From assembly GCA_963787835.1 (NCBI GenBank), contig CAWBEI010000002.1, forward strand, positions 128,001-192,000: a stretch of DNA of 64,000 nucleotides. Reading direction: 5' to 3'. The DNA comes from Ignavibacteriota bacterium (lineage in GTDB: Bacteria; Bacteroidota; Ignavibacteria; Palsa-1295). Under the pieces are notes generated by a model. It saw only the letters and a program-made list of their open reading frames with translations, had not been told where the DNA came from and ran no database searches. Made by a program: the position numbers and the translations under genes. Below, piece by piece: positions 47,099 through 57,210 of the stretch (within the stretch, counting starts at the first letter, position 1; the number at the start of each line of letters is the position of its first letter).

Positions 47099-49726
47099 TT
47101 GCTCGGTAATATCGCACTCGCCTTTACGCTTACCGCCTCCGTTATGGGGATGGTATTATACACGCTTGCTGCTCGCGGGAGAACCGAACTTACCATAGCA
47201 GCGCGTTTCGCAACACGGCTTGCGATCCTTGGCATGTTTGTTGCCTGTGGAACCCTCCTCTATTATATTTTCAATTACCATTTCGAGTTCAATTACGTCT
47301 ATGAACATGTGTCTCGCAAACTGAGTAAGTTCCTGCTCTTCTCGACATTCTACGCAAGCCAGGAAGGAAGCTTTATGCTGTGGGGCTTGTGGACATCCGT
47401 CATCGCCGCATTCCTTATCGGTTACGCTCGCCGCCAGCGATATGAAGCGCATGTCATGGCGATCTTTCTCTCGGTGCTCGTTTTTATCTCGATCATGCTG
47501 CTTGCCAAAAGCCCGTTCGAGACGATTTATGCTGCAAATCCGGGTCAGGCGCCGAAAGGATTTATACCGATGGATGGCAAAGGCCTAAATCCATCGCTGG
47601 AAAATCTTTGGATCGTCATTCATCCTCCGATGTTGTTTCTAGGGTTTTCCTTGCTTGCTGTTCCATTCGCATTTGCTCTGGCTGGGCTTATCAAACGTGA
47701 TTATCAGGGTTGGGTCGTAACATCGATGCCCTGGACGCTTGGAGCGGCGATGGTCTTAGGATTTGGTGTGATGCTCGGCGGATTCTGGGCGTATGAAACG
47801 CTTGGCTGGGGCGGATTCTGGGGATGGGATCCCGTCGAGAACGCAAGCTTGCTTCCCTGGCTGATCACAGTAGCGGCCGCACATTCGATGCTCACACAAA
47901 AGCGAACCGGCGGCCTCATTAGAACGAACATTGCGCTCACACTTCTTGCGTATGCGCTCGTGTTATATGGCTCATTCCTGACCCGCTCCGGCGTACTTGG
48001 CGATGCCAGCGTACACTCGTTCGCCGATCCCGGCAATCTTGCATTTACATTGCTGGTTGGTGCATTAGCAGTCTTTATTCTTGTCCCTTTCGGAATTTTC
48101 TTCTGGCGATGGCGCGAAATGTCGGGCTTTGCTCAGGATTATAAGATCCTCTCTCGCGAAACCGGACTTTCCATTGCATCTGCGCTATTGGGCGCGAGCG
48201 CTCTCGTTGTTTTTATTGGCACGAGCGCTCCGTTGCTGAAGAAAAAAGTCGAGACCGATTTCTATAACAATCTCCACATTCCGCTCATCACCGTTTTACT
48301 ACTTGTAAACGGACTTTCCTTGCTGCTGAAGTGGCGTCAATCGAGCTGGAACGAAGTTGTGAAAAAATCGATCACGGCATTGATTGCCTCTGCGGTATTT
48401 ACCATTGGCGTGGTATTCATGGGTGTTCACGACCCAAAATATGTTGCCGTTTGTGCGGCAGCATTCTTTGCGCTATTTGTTAATCTTGAAATCGGCTGGA
48501 AGATCCTTCGGGGTCATTGGCGCTTTTCCTTCGAGCGTTCTGCTCCCACCCGGCACGATTATGTTCGGCGGCTTTCCACTGCGCTTGGCATTACCCTGCT
48601 TCTTGGGCTGATCGCTCTGCTTGTCAGCACTGCTGGCGATTACAATCTCTTTGGAGTAGCCATTGCTCAATATTGGCCATATTTAGCGATCCTCTTTGCG
48701 GCGCTTCTGACTGCATTTGTTCTCGCAGGTTATCCAAAATTTATTTTCGACACGAAATTTCTTGGGGCCTATGTTGCACATGTCGGGCTGGCCGTTTTCG
48801 TGATCGGCGTCATTGCGGCAAATGGTTATACCAAACGGGATTTTATCACTCTGCCGATCCACAAACCGGTTCCGGCGTTCAATGGCAAATACACACTGAC
48901 ATTCCGTGGCACCGAGGAAGCTCCAAACGAGCACAGCTACTTCATTATCAATATCGCCGATAAAAACGGTTATGCCGGAACCGCAAGACCATTGTGGTTC
49001 ATGACGGACTTTAACCAGCATCAGTCACCCATTGCTAATCCCGGAATTGTGAAGTACGCGTCCCGCGATCTCTACTTTACCGTCATGGCGAACGAACTGG
49101 AAGGCGGAGTTCCCAAGGACACGCTTGGCAAGCTTCAGGAAGCGACCGTCCTCGATGGCAAGCTCAAGATAAAATTTATCAACTTCGATTTTCCACAGTC
49201 CGAGCGAACGAAGATGCTGTCACAGCAGCCCTTTCACGTCAAAGGGACTGTCGTTGCCAGCACGGAAGCAAAACCCGCAGGCGACACGCTCATTTTGGGC
49301 GTGACACGCAATCCTGTTACTGACGAAGCGCAGGAAGACGACGTACTCGTTCCGGGCACCAGCTTTCATGTTCAGTTGGGGCAGTTAATGCCGGACATGC
49401 AGAATCCTGCGAATTCCAAAGTCGTATTACGATATTTCGACGATCAGCACCTGCCTCCTGCGCCGACGGAAGTTGTAACCGTCGAAGCATTTGTAAAGCC
49501 TTATATCAATCTGGTATGGGGCGGGATTCTCACGCTGGTGCTTGGCTTTGGGTTCTCAGTGATGCGCCGTCGCCGTGAGGCACTCGTCGCGATCGACCGT
49601 GCAGAGCGCGTGTACGAAAAACTTCTGGCAAGCGACCATTCCAGAATGATCCCGGATGCGCCCGCTCTGGCCAGAAAAACCGACGCTCCGTTGTTAACGA
49701 AAAAGAAATACGACAAAAGGGCGTAA
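47099..49726 (+). CDS. ccmF: cytochrome c heme lyase CcmF
   Basis: QEGS, HPP, WGGFWGWDPVEN, TRSG and SVHSF motifs. Confidence 0.93.
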   Translation: MLGNIALAFTLTASVMGMVLYTLAARGRTELTIAARFATRLAILGMFVACGTLLYYIFNYHFEFNYVYEHVSRKLSKFLLFSTFYASQEGSFMLWGLWTSVIAAFLIGYARRQRYEAHVMAIFLSVLVFISIMLLAKSPFETIYAANPGQAPKGFIPMDGKGLNPSLENLWIVIHPPMLFLGFSLLAVPFAFALAGLIKRDYQGWVVTSMPWTLGAAMVLGFGVMLGGFWAYETLGWGGFWGWDPVENASLLPWLITVAAAHSMLTQKRTGGLIRTNIALTLLAYALVLYGSFLTRSGVLGDASVHSFADPGNLAFTLLVGALAVFILVPFGIFFWRWREMSGFAQDYKILSRETGLSIASALLGASALVVFIGTSAPLLKKKVETDFYNNLHIPLITVLLLVNGLSLLLKWRQSSWNEVVKKSITALIASAVFTIGVVFMGVHDPKYVAVCAAAFFALFVNLEIGWKILRGHWRFSFERSAPTRHDYVRRLSTALGITLLLGLIALLVSTAGDYNLFGVAIAQYWPYLAILFAALLTAFVLAGYPKFIFDTKFLGAYVAHVGLAVFVIGVIAANGYTKRDFITLPIHKPVPAFNGKYTLTFRGTEEAPNEHSYFIINIADKNGYAGTARPLWFMTDFNQHQSPIANPGIVKYASRDLYFTVMANELEGGVPKDTLGKLQEATVLDGKLKIKFINFDFPQSERTKMLSQQPFHVKGTVVASTEAKPAGDTLILGVTRNPVTDEAQEDDVLVPGTSFHVQLGQLMPDMQNPANSKVVLRYFDDQHLPPAPTEVVTVEAFVKPYINLVWGGILTLVLGFGFSVMRRRREALVAIDRAERVYEKLLASDHSRMIPDAPALARKTDAPLLTKKKYDKRA

Positions 49727-49748
49727 AACCCGTTTGCAAAGTGTTGGA

Positions 49749-49783
49749 AGCCGGATTCGTCGAAAGATGGAGCCGGTTTTTTT
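49749..49783 (+). terminator. rho-independent terminator
   Basis: gccgg...gaaa...ccgg followed by a T-tract. Confidence 0.6.
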
Positions 49784-49838
49784 GTGCCCAATCATTAGTC
49801 ACATTTTTTTCGCAAACGGAGGTTTGCGCTACACATAG

Positions 49839-51590
49839 ATGAGCATCGTACGCGACGTTTTTAGCCTTCCACGCCGCCTCAGTTATGCCGACCTTGTCGT
49901 CTTTGGCATCTTTGGTGGCCTGATGTATTGGCTTGTGCTTGTTTCGCGTGAATGGTCGCAAGCCATCCAGCCGCACACGGTTATTCATTCCGAGTTCACC
50001 TACCTTCCGCTCTATACACTGTATTCACTTTCCCGTGGCTTAGGCGCGTACATTATTTCTCTCCTATTTACGATCGCCTATGGCTACGTGATGGCGCATT
50101 CGAAGCGTGCAGAGAAAGCGATGCTTTCGCTTCTCGACATTTTGCAGAGCGTCCCGATCGTCGCGTTCCTCCCGGAACTCGTGACCGTATTCGTGCTTCT
50201 TTTTCCGAACTCCTACGTCGGTCTCGAGATCGCTTCGGTCATCACGATCTTCACCGGACAGGTCTGGAATATGACCTTTGCCTTTTACCATTCGATCAAG
50301 GCCATCCCGCAGGATTTGAAAGATGCCACGGAAAGTTATCACCTCACGAAACGCGAAACGCTGCGGCGTCTTGAATTGCCCGCAAGCGCCATTCCACTGA
50401 TCTGGAATTCGATGATGTCCATGGCAGGTGGGTGGTTCTTTCTCTCGTTGAGTGAAGCATTTACCGTCGGAGGCAAGGATTTCCGGCTGCCGGGTATCGG
50501 AAGCTACATGGCCCAGGCCGTGGAGCAAGGCAACATTCCGAGTATGATCGGTGCAATGATCGCGATGGGACTGATGATCATTTTCCTGGACCGAGTGCTC
50601 TGGAGACCGCTCGTGATCTGGAGCAGAAAATTCAGGGTCGAGGAACTTTCAAGTGAACCGGAAGGAAAATCTTTTGTACTCTCCATCATTCAGAGATCGG
50701 AAATGATTCAGTCCATGAACCGATGGTTCGAACGCCGGCGTCGCGACAAGGCCGGTGCCACCGACGCTTCGTACCTCGCAACGAAAGAAGCCCTCAGCCA
50801 TGACGCGTTCGATCAAAAGGTCGAGACCGACACTCCGTTCCGAAAAGCGGTCGGGGTCGCGCTGGCCGTCATCGTGTTAGGACTGCTCGCCTATGGTGTG
50901 TTCCGGTTGTATTTGATTTTTACTCAAGAGGTGACGGCCGCGGAATGGCTGGACATTCTCAGCGATTCCTTCCTCACACTTCTTCGGGTAATGGCTGCGC
51001 TCGCCATTGGCGCTGCGTGGGCTGTGCCTGCGGGCATTATGATCGGCATGAATGCAAAATGGTCCCACCGATTACAACCGGTGGTGCAATTCATGTCGTC
51101 GTTTCCTGCACCGCTGGTATTTCCGATCTTCATTCTGATATTTCGAGAATGGGGCATTTCGATCGAGTATGGTTCCATCGTACTCATGCTGCTCGGCACA
51201 CAATGGTATCTGCTCTTCAATGTCATTGGAGGTGCGAGCGCGATCCCAACCGACTTGCAGGAAATGTCAGCCAGTTACCGTATTACGAAGAAGTCGCTCT
51301 GGAAAAAACTACTATTACCGGCGGTTTTTCCCTCAGTGGTTACCGGGGCGATCACCGCAGCTGGCGGCGCGTGGAATGCGAGCATCGTGGCCGAGTTCGT
51401 TGAGTACCACCATAACACCTATGCGGCACACGGTATCGGAGCCTTGCTTCAGAAAGCATTTGAAGACGGGCATTATGCACTGCTTGGCGCAGGTATCTTT
51501 GCGCTCTGCCTCATGGTCATTTGCCTCAATAAATTTGTCTGGCGCAAACTCTTCGCGATCGCGCAGGATAGGTTTGCGTTGAACGTATAG
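49839..51590 (+). CDS. NitT/TauT-type ABC permease (duplicated BPD_transp domains)
   Basis: DILQSVP, WNSMMSMAGGWFF and AGGAWNASIVAE motifs. Confidence 0.88.
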   Translation: MSIVRDVFSLPRRLSYADLVVFGIFGGLMYWLVLVSREWSQAIQPHTVIHSEFTYLPLYTLYSLSRGLGAYIISLLFTIAYGYVMAHSKRAEKAMLSLLDILQSVPIVAFLPELVTVFVLLFPNSYVGLEIASVITIFTGQVWNMTFAFYHSIKAIPQDLKDATESYHLTKRETLRRLELPASAIPLIWNSMMSMAGGWFFLSLSEAFTVGGKDFRLPGIGSYMAQAVEQGNIPSMIGAMIAMGLMIIFLDRVLWRPLVIWSRKFRVEELSSEPEGKSFVLSIIQRSEMIQSMNRWFERRRRDKAGATDASYLATKEALSHDAFDQKVETDTPFRKAVGVALAVIVLGLLAYGVFRLYLIFTQEVTAAEWLDILSDSFLTLLRVMAALAIGAAWAVPAGIMIGMNAKWSHRLQPVVQFMSSFPAPLVFPIFILIFREWGISIEYGSIVLMLLGTQWYLLFNVIGGASAIPTDLQEMSASYRITKKSLWKKLLLPAVFPSVVTGAITAAGGAWNASIVAEFVEYHHNTYAAHGIGALLQKAFEDGHYALLGAGIFALCLMVICLNKFVWRKLFAIAQDRFALNV

Positions 51591-51591
51591 C

Positions 51592-52587
51592 TTATTTTTC
51601 CCGCTCGATAACATAATGAGCGAAATTCAGAAGCGCTTCTCGCGCTTCTGATTCTGGAAAGACCATCAGCGCTTCGCAGCCTCTGTTCACATGTTCTTCC
51701 GCTTTTGCGCGAGCATAGGCAATGCTTCCGTTCGACGAAACGAAATCCATTACTTCCTGATAGGATTCTTTTGCCGCTTTACCATTTTTTACCAGTCCAA
51801 TGATCCGCTTCCTTTGACTTTTATCGACCTTCGAGAGCGCATGAATGATCGGGAGTGTTAACTTTTTCTCTTTTAGGTCTGCTTCCGCAGGTTTGCCGGT
51901 CTTGCCATTCAAAGACTCAAATCCGAAGAGATCGTCGCGAATTTGAAAGGCGATACCAACCCCTTCGCCATAATTTTGCAAAGCATCGCGAAATACCTTC
52001 CCCTGCCCTTCTGATTTATCGGGATAGATACTGGCGGCGCCAAGTTCGCAACAGGTACTGATCAGTGAAGCCGTCTTATCTGCTATGATCCGGAAATAGG
52101 CTGCTTCATCAATATTAAGCTGACGTGCTTTTTGCAATTGGTACAGTTCCCCTTCCGACATTCTTCGAACAGCGTTCGAGGTGATCTCCAAAAAATGATA
52201 CTCATTGGTCTTCACGGTTCGGAGCAAACCCTGCGCGAGAAGATAGTCGCCCATCAGAACGCCTACCTTATTCTTCCACAGCGCTTTTATGCTCGCAAGC
52301 CCACGGCGTAGTTCGGAATCATCGACCACATCATCGTGAATGAGCGTCGCCGTGTGAAGCAACTCGACAAGCGTGGCAGCGCGATACGTCGCATCGTTCA
52401 CTTCACCGCAGGCTTTCGCTGAAAGCAGCACCAGCATCGGGCGAAGTTGTTTGCCCTTTGTGCGAATGAGGTATTTCGCCACGAGATTTACGAGCGGGAC
52501 GTCCGAGATCATCGCGCGGCGGAATTCGGCATTGAATTCCTTCATTTCGCGCTCGACTGGGCGAACGATGTCGTTGAGTTGGGACAT
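51592..52587 (-). CDS. polyprenyl diphosphate synthase
   Basis: GKQLRP, HDDVVD, KTA and FQIRDD motifs; start ATG 52587. Confidence 0.92.
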   Translation of the reverse strand: MSQLNDIVRPVEREMKEFNAEFRRAMISDVPLVNLVAKYLIRTKGKQLRPMLVLLSAKACGEVNDATYRAATLVELLHTATLIHDDVVDDSELRRGLASIKALWKNKVGVLMGDYLLAQGLLRTVKTNEYHFLEITSNAVRRMSEGELYQLQKARQLNIDEAAYFRIIADKTASLISTCCELGAASIYPDKSEGQGKVFRDALQNYGEGVGIAFQIRDDLFGFESLNGKTGKPAEADLKEKKLTLPIIHALSKVDKSQRKRIIGLVKNGKAAKESYQEVMDFVSSNGSIAYARAKAEEHVNRGCEALMVFPESEAREALLNFAHYVIEREK

Positions 52588-52597
52588 GAATTTCGGT

Positions 52598-53377
52598 TTA
52601 TGACATAGCAGCAGCTTCGGCCTTGCGCCGCTGGCGAGCGGCGAGGGCTGTTCCGGCGATGGAAATTTCGAAAAGTGCCCAGAGCGGGCCAAACAAGATA
52701 AGCTGCAAAATTGGATTCCCGCCCGGCGATAACACGGCTGCAATGGCAAGCAAGATGACAATAGCATGACGGCGATAATGCCGCATGAACGTTGGAGTAA
52801 GAATTCCCAAACGCCCGAGAAAATAGGCGACTAACGGCAGTTCAAATACGATTCCGGAAAGCAATATGATCTCGAGAAATACGGAGAGATACTTATCGAT
52901 CTGGATCATGTTCTGAACATTGCCGATCACAAATCCCATTGAAAAGCTGAGCACCATCGGCAGCATCACCCAATACGCAAACGCAAGCCCACACAAAAAA
53001 CTGAAAACGGTAAAGAATGCGATCTGGCTTACATACTTTCTCTCTTTCTCTTTCAATCCCGGAGAAACGAATTTCCAGATCTGTATGAGCGTGTATGGGA
53101 ACGAAACAATCACGCCGCCCCATAACACGATCGACATCCACACCGATAGCTGACCATAGACTTCCGTGTTCAGGAGCTTCATCGGTGGTTTGGTCTGCAT
53201 CGTGGGCAGCAGGATCACGTAATCCATGATCTGATCGAAGAAGATCGCGCACAGCCCCATCCCGACGCCGATCCCGATCACCGCGCGTACCACGACCCAG
53301 CGCAGTTCTTCGAGATGCTCCCACACGGACATCTCCTGATCGTTGCTCGGTTGTGTGTTGCTATCGTTTTCGGCCAT
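52598..53377 (-). CDS. tatC: twin-arginine translocase TatC
   Basis: HLEELR, WKFVSPGL..E, FELP and RRHAIV motifs. Confidence 0.95.
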   Translation of the reverse strand: MAENDSNTQPSNDQEMSVWEHLEELRWVVVRAVIGIGVGMGLCAIFFDQIMDYVILLPTMQTKPPMKLLNTEVYGQLSVWMSIVLWGGVIVSFPYTLIQIWKFVSPGLKEKERKYVSQIAFFTVFSFLCGLAFAYWVMLPMVLSFSMGFVIGNVQNMIQIDKYLSVFLEIILLSGIVFELPLVAYFLGRLGILTPTFMRHYRRHAIVILLAIAAVLSPGGNPILQLILFGPLWALFEISIAGTALAARQRRKAEAAAMS

Positions 53378-53472
53378 TGTCCGCGATAAACGCACAAGTA
53401 TGCGATTTCGTCACCATTTTTATGCCTAAAGTGAAAGGGCCATAGGCCCGGCCAGTTTGTAGAATGAATGCA

Positions 53473-53528
53473 ACAAAAAAAGATAGCTCCGTTAGAAGCG
53501 ACCTAAGGCCGCTCCTAACGGAGCTATT
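53473..53528 (-). terminator. long hairpin terminator downstream of the T9SS pair
   Basis: atagctccgttag...ctaacggagctat with an adjacent A-tract on the plus strand. Confidence 0.7.
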
Positions 53529-53631
53529 TGGATTCTAAAAATACGAGGTTCTACAAACGGGCCACGGCTACGCCGTTTATCATGCCTCCGCAACTAATCG
53601 ATTTCGCTTCGAATGATCCTTATAAGAGATA

Positions 53632-54285
53632 TTATCTCGCGACAATGATTCTCCTCCAAATTGCGAATTGCTCTCCACTATCGGACTCGCCAGTAATTCG
53701 GACGAAATAAGTGCCTGTGGCAATGCTCGAGGCATCCCATTGCCAGGTCGTCGTATTCGACGAAGCGATCTCTTTGCCGAGCAGATCATAAATTCCGATC
53801 TCTGCCGTACGAACGCCGTTGGACAGGATATTGACATTATCCGTCGCAGGATTCGGACTAATAGTAAACGAGACATTGCTCGGAAGAGCGTTCGAAACAC
53901 CCGATGCTGCGACGGTACCTACTAATTGGAATGTTTTATTGCATTCGTCGCAGTACAATGTTCCCGTAAATGTTCCAGAGGAGTTTGCGCCGGGTGTGAA
54001 AGTAATTGTAAACGTTGTCGTTCCACTCCAAGAAAAAGTGGACTGCCCATGATCGAAAGTAAATACATCCGATCCGGTGGTAATGCTAAGGGTTCCAGCA
54101 TCGCCCCCGGTTCCATCAAGTACGGTCCACGTTAGGCTCTGCGAGCCTCCCGGCACGGCTGTAAATGAAGTCGGTCCAGAATACCCCACTGGGCAGGCTG
54201 TCGCTGTGCGGCTAAAAATGGATACTGAGCACAGTAGCATGAAAAATGCCGCCACTCTTAAAAACGAAGTGCGATACGTTTTCAT
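53632..54285 (-). CDS. small T9SS-secreted protein (type A CTD)
   Basis: Signal peptide, ISPNPA, IYDLLGK and GTYFVRI motifs. Confidence 0.88.
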   Translation of the reverse strand: MKTYRTSFLRVAAFFMLLCSVSIFSRTATACPVGYSGPTSFTAVPGGSQSLTWTVLDGTGGDAGTLSITTGSDVFTFDHGQSTFSWSGTTTFTITFTPGANSSGTFTGTLYCDECNKTFQLVGTVAASGVSNALPSNVSFTISPNPATDNVNILSNGVRTAEIGIYDLLGKEIASSNTTTWQWDASSIATGTYFVRITGESDSGEQFAIWRRIIVAR

Positions 54286-54352
54286 ATTTATTTTTGTAAC
54301 AAAAAGTGAATAAAACCACTAAATTCGCTCTGTATGGTTTTTATGAGAGGCA

Positions 54353-54997
54353 TTATCTCGCAATAATGATTCTCCTCCAAATTGCGAATTGCTCTCCACT
54401 ATCGGACTCGCCTACAATTCGGACGAAATAAGTGCCCGTTGCAATGCTTGAGGCATCCCATGTCCAGGTGGTCGTATTCGACGAAGCGACCTCTTTGCCG
54501 AGCAGGTCGTAAATTCCGATCTCTGCAGTACGAACGCCGCTTGATATGATGTTGATATTATCCGTCGCAGGATTCGGACTAATAGTAAACGAGACGTTGC
54601 TTGGAAGAGCGTTCGCGACTCCCGCTGCTGCTACAGTGCCTACTAATTCGTATGTATGGCCGCAACCGCAGGTTATTGATCCACTATATGTTCCGGAGGC
54701 GTTTGCGCCTGGTGTGAAGGTAACCGTAAAAGTAGTCGAATCATCATAACTGAGCGGCATTTGGCTAAGGGTAAATACATCCGATCCGGCGGTTATCTTT
54801 ACCCACATTAAATCCGTTCCTGCGAAAGAGTACGCTGTCCAGGTCTGGCTATGCGAGCCTCCGGGTGCGGCAGTAAATGATGTCGGTCCGCTAATCCCAT
54901 CTGGGCAAGCTATTGCGTTCCGGCTAACAATACATGTCAAGCACAACAGCATCAAAAAAACCGACACACTCAAAAATGAAGTACGGTAAGTGTTCAT
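54353..54997 (-). CDS. small T9SS-secreted protein (tandem paralog)
   Basis: Same architecture with a near-identical CTD. Confidence 0.88.
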   Translation of the reverse strand: MNTYRTSFLSVSVFLMLLCLTCIVSRNAIACPDGISGPTSFTAAPGGSHSQTWTAYSFAGTDLMWVKITAGSDVFTLSQMPLSYDDSTTFTVTFTPGANASGTYSGSITCGCGHTYELVGTVAAAGVANALPSNVSFTISPNPATDNINIISSGVRTAEIGIYDLLGKEVASSNTTTWTWDASSIATGTYFVRIVGESDSGEQFAIWRRIIIAR

Positions 54998-55211
54998 GTT
55001 TTTTCGTAAAAAAGTGAATAAATATACCTAAAACACTTTAAGCAAACGCATCCCTTAGTACAAAGTTGCAGCTTTTTAGGGTAAATCGGAGTGCATACCG
55101 GACTGCTCTCGATCCTGTGAGGATTAGGAGATGAAGATGTCAGACATGGCGAGATCGGATCACAACTATACGGCTGACCGCCCGGCTTTAGGCCTGAACT
55201 AAGCAGCATGA

Positions 55212-56498
55212 TTAGGCATAAAGCGGGAACCGGCTCGTAAGCCGTTTCACTTCTTCCCGAACCCCGGCAATCAATGTCGCATCCGTAGGATTTGAAACTA
55301 CTCGGTCTATCATTTCTGCGATCACATCCATTTCGGCCTCTTTCATTCCGCGCGTAGTAACGGCCGAAGTGCCAATCCGAATACCGCTTGTGACAAGCGC
55401 TGGTTTATCGTCATACGGAACGGCATTTTTGTTTACTGTGATGGCGGCTTTGTCCAATGCTTCCTCAGCAGATTTGCCGGTAATATTCTTCCCACGCAGA
55501 TCGGCAAGCATCAAGTGATTGTCCGTGCCTCCTGAAATAATATAAAATCCCCGCTTCACGAGTTCCGATGCGAGACGTTTCGCATTACGAATGACCTGTG
55601 CGCCATATTCGGTAAAACTATCTTCGAGCGCTTCACCAAACGCCACGGCCTTTGCGGCAATAACGTGCATCAGCGGACCGCCCTGTATCCCTGGCATCAC
55701 GGTGGAATCAATAATTTCGGAAACCATCTTCGTGCGTCCTGATTTTGGCGCAACTGATCCCCAGGTGTTCTCGAAATCTTTCCCGAGCAGAATCAGTCCC
55801 CCGCGCGGGCCGCGAAGCGTTTTATGGGTCGTCGATGCGACAACATGGCAATACAGAAGCGGGCTGGTGAGATGGCCTTTAGCAATCAGGCCGGCAGGAT
55901 GTGCCATATCACAAAAGAGAAATGCGCCGACAGAATCGGCGATCTCACGGAAACGCTTGAAATCCATGTCGCGCGAGTAAGCGCTTGCTCCGACCGTGAT
56001 CATTTTCGGCTTGACTTCATGCGCTTTTCGTTCGACGTCCTCATAATCGATGTATCCGGTTTCTTTCGAGACGCCATAGGCATGGAATTCATACAGTTGG
56101 CCAGAAAAATTCGCTGGATGACCGTGCGTGAGATGTCCACCGTGGGAAAGATTCATTCCCAATACACGATCTCCCGGTTTTAGGAAGGTAAAATAGACCG
56201 CCATGTTTGCCTGGGAACCGGAATGGGGCTGAACGTTCGCATATTCTGCGCCAAAAAGTTTTTTCACACGATCTCGCGCCAGGTTTTCTACAACATCCGC
56301 GAACTCGCACCCGCCATAATACCGCTTGCCGGGATATCCCTCTGCATATTTATTGGTAAGCACGCTTCCCTGCGCCTGCATCACGGCAGCGGAAGTGAAA
56401 TTCTCGCTCGCGATGAGTTCCAGTCCGTGCTGCTGTCGTTCGAGTTCCTGTTCGATGGTGTGGAATACTTCGTTATCGTACATTGGATTCAAGTTCAT
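55212..56498 (-). CDS. glyA: serine hydroxymethyltransferase
   Basis: LIASEN, YAEGYP, GGHLTHG and [12 protein letters not shown] motifs. Confidence 0.98.
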   Translation of the reverse strand: MNLNPMYDNEVFHTIEQELERQQHGLELIASENFTSAAVMQAQGSVLTNKYAEGYPGKRYYGGCEFADVVENLARDRVKKLFGAEYANVQPHSGSQANMAVYFTFLKPGDRVLGMNLSHGGHLTHGHPANFSGQLYEFHAYGVSKETGYIDYEDVERKAHEVKPKMITVGASAYSRDMDFKRFREIADSVGAFLFCDMAHPAGLIAKGHLTSPLLYCHVVASTTHKTLRGPRGGLILLGKDFENTWGSVAPKSGRTKMVSEIIDSTVMPGIQGGPLMHVIAAKAVAFGEALEDSFTEYGAQVIRNAKRLASELVKRGFYIISGGTDNHLMLADLRGKNITGKSAEEALDKAAITVNKNAVPYDDKPALVTSGIRIGTSAVTTRGMKEAEMDVIAEMIDRVVSNPTDATLIAGVREEVKRLTSRFPLYA

Positions 56499-56503
56499 TA
56501 GAA

Positions 56504-56633
56504 TGTCATTCTGAGCGGAGCAAACCGTAGCGACAGCGAAGGTTTGCGAACTCGAAGAATCTCTTGAACTGCCAGAGATCCTTCGACTCCGTTCGCCCCT
56601 CCTTCTTCGGGACGAACTACGCTCAGGATGACA
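56504..56633. repeat. REP-like palindromic element (same family as 40778-40925)
   Basis: TGTCATTCTGAGC...GCTCAGGATGACA. Confidence 0.85.
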
Positions 56634-56660
56634 TGCATCCTGAAACAGATTCTTGCTGTT

Positions 56661-57098
56661 TTAATGATCGCCGCTCATCATTTTTTGAATTCTTGCGATA
56701 TGTCTTCCTCCTTCGAATGAAGTCGATAGCCAAATCTCTACGATGTTGAGTGCTATTTCCTGCGAGATCATACGTTCCCCCAAAGAGAGCACATTTGCAT
56801 CGTTATGGCGGCGTGAAGCGCTCGCCGTTTCGTCATTCCAACAAAGCGCGCACCGCACGCCATGCACTTTATTCGCTACCATCGCCTCGCCGTTCCCGGA
56901 ACCTCCCAACACGATGCCTCGCTCGCATTCGCCATTAGCAACGGATTCGGCGGCTGGGCGTATGAAGTCAGGATAGTCCACCGGAGCCGTGCTGGACGTG
57001 CCAAAATCCTTCACGGTATGACCGGCTGCGATCAGCCACGATTTGATGGCCTCCTTGTAGGTAAAACCAGCATGGTCGCTGGCGATGGCAATGGTCAT
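56661..57098 (-). CDS. rpiB: ribose-5-phosphate isomerase B
   Basis: SDHAG, DYPD, GGSGNG, HNDANVL and FEGGRH motifs. Confidence 0.95.
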   Translation of the reverse strand: MTIAIASDHAGFTYKEAIKSWLIAAGHTVKDFGTSSTAPVDYPDFIRPAAESVANGECERGIVLGGSGNGEAMVANKVHGVRCALCWNDETASASRRHNDANVLSLGERMISQEIALNIVEIWLSTSFEGGRHIARIQKMMSGDH

Positions 57099-57103
57099 GG
57101 GGA

Positions 57104-57210
57104 AATTATGAATGATAATTTATGAATGATGAAATTAGGATTGAAAAAAATGGCAGTTGTGATATTATGATGTGTTCGAAGTCACCATTCATCATTTATA
57201 ATTCATCATT
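57104..57210. repeat. inverted pair of degenerate ATGA-rich heptamer arrays
   Basis: aattatgaatgataatttatgaatgatga ... cattcatcatttataattcatcatt. Confidence 0.5.

Noticed and set aside
52588-52767. N-terminal extension of the polyprenyl synthase overlapping tatC
   Set aside because: Longest-ORF artefact; ATG 52587 gives a normal length.
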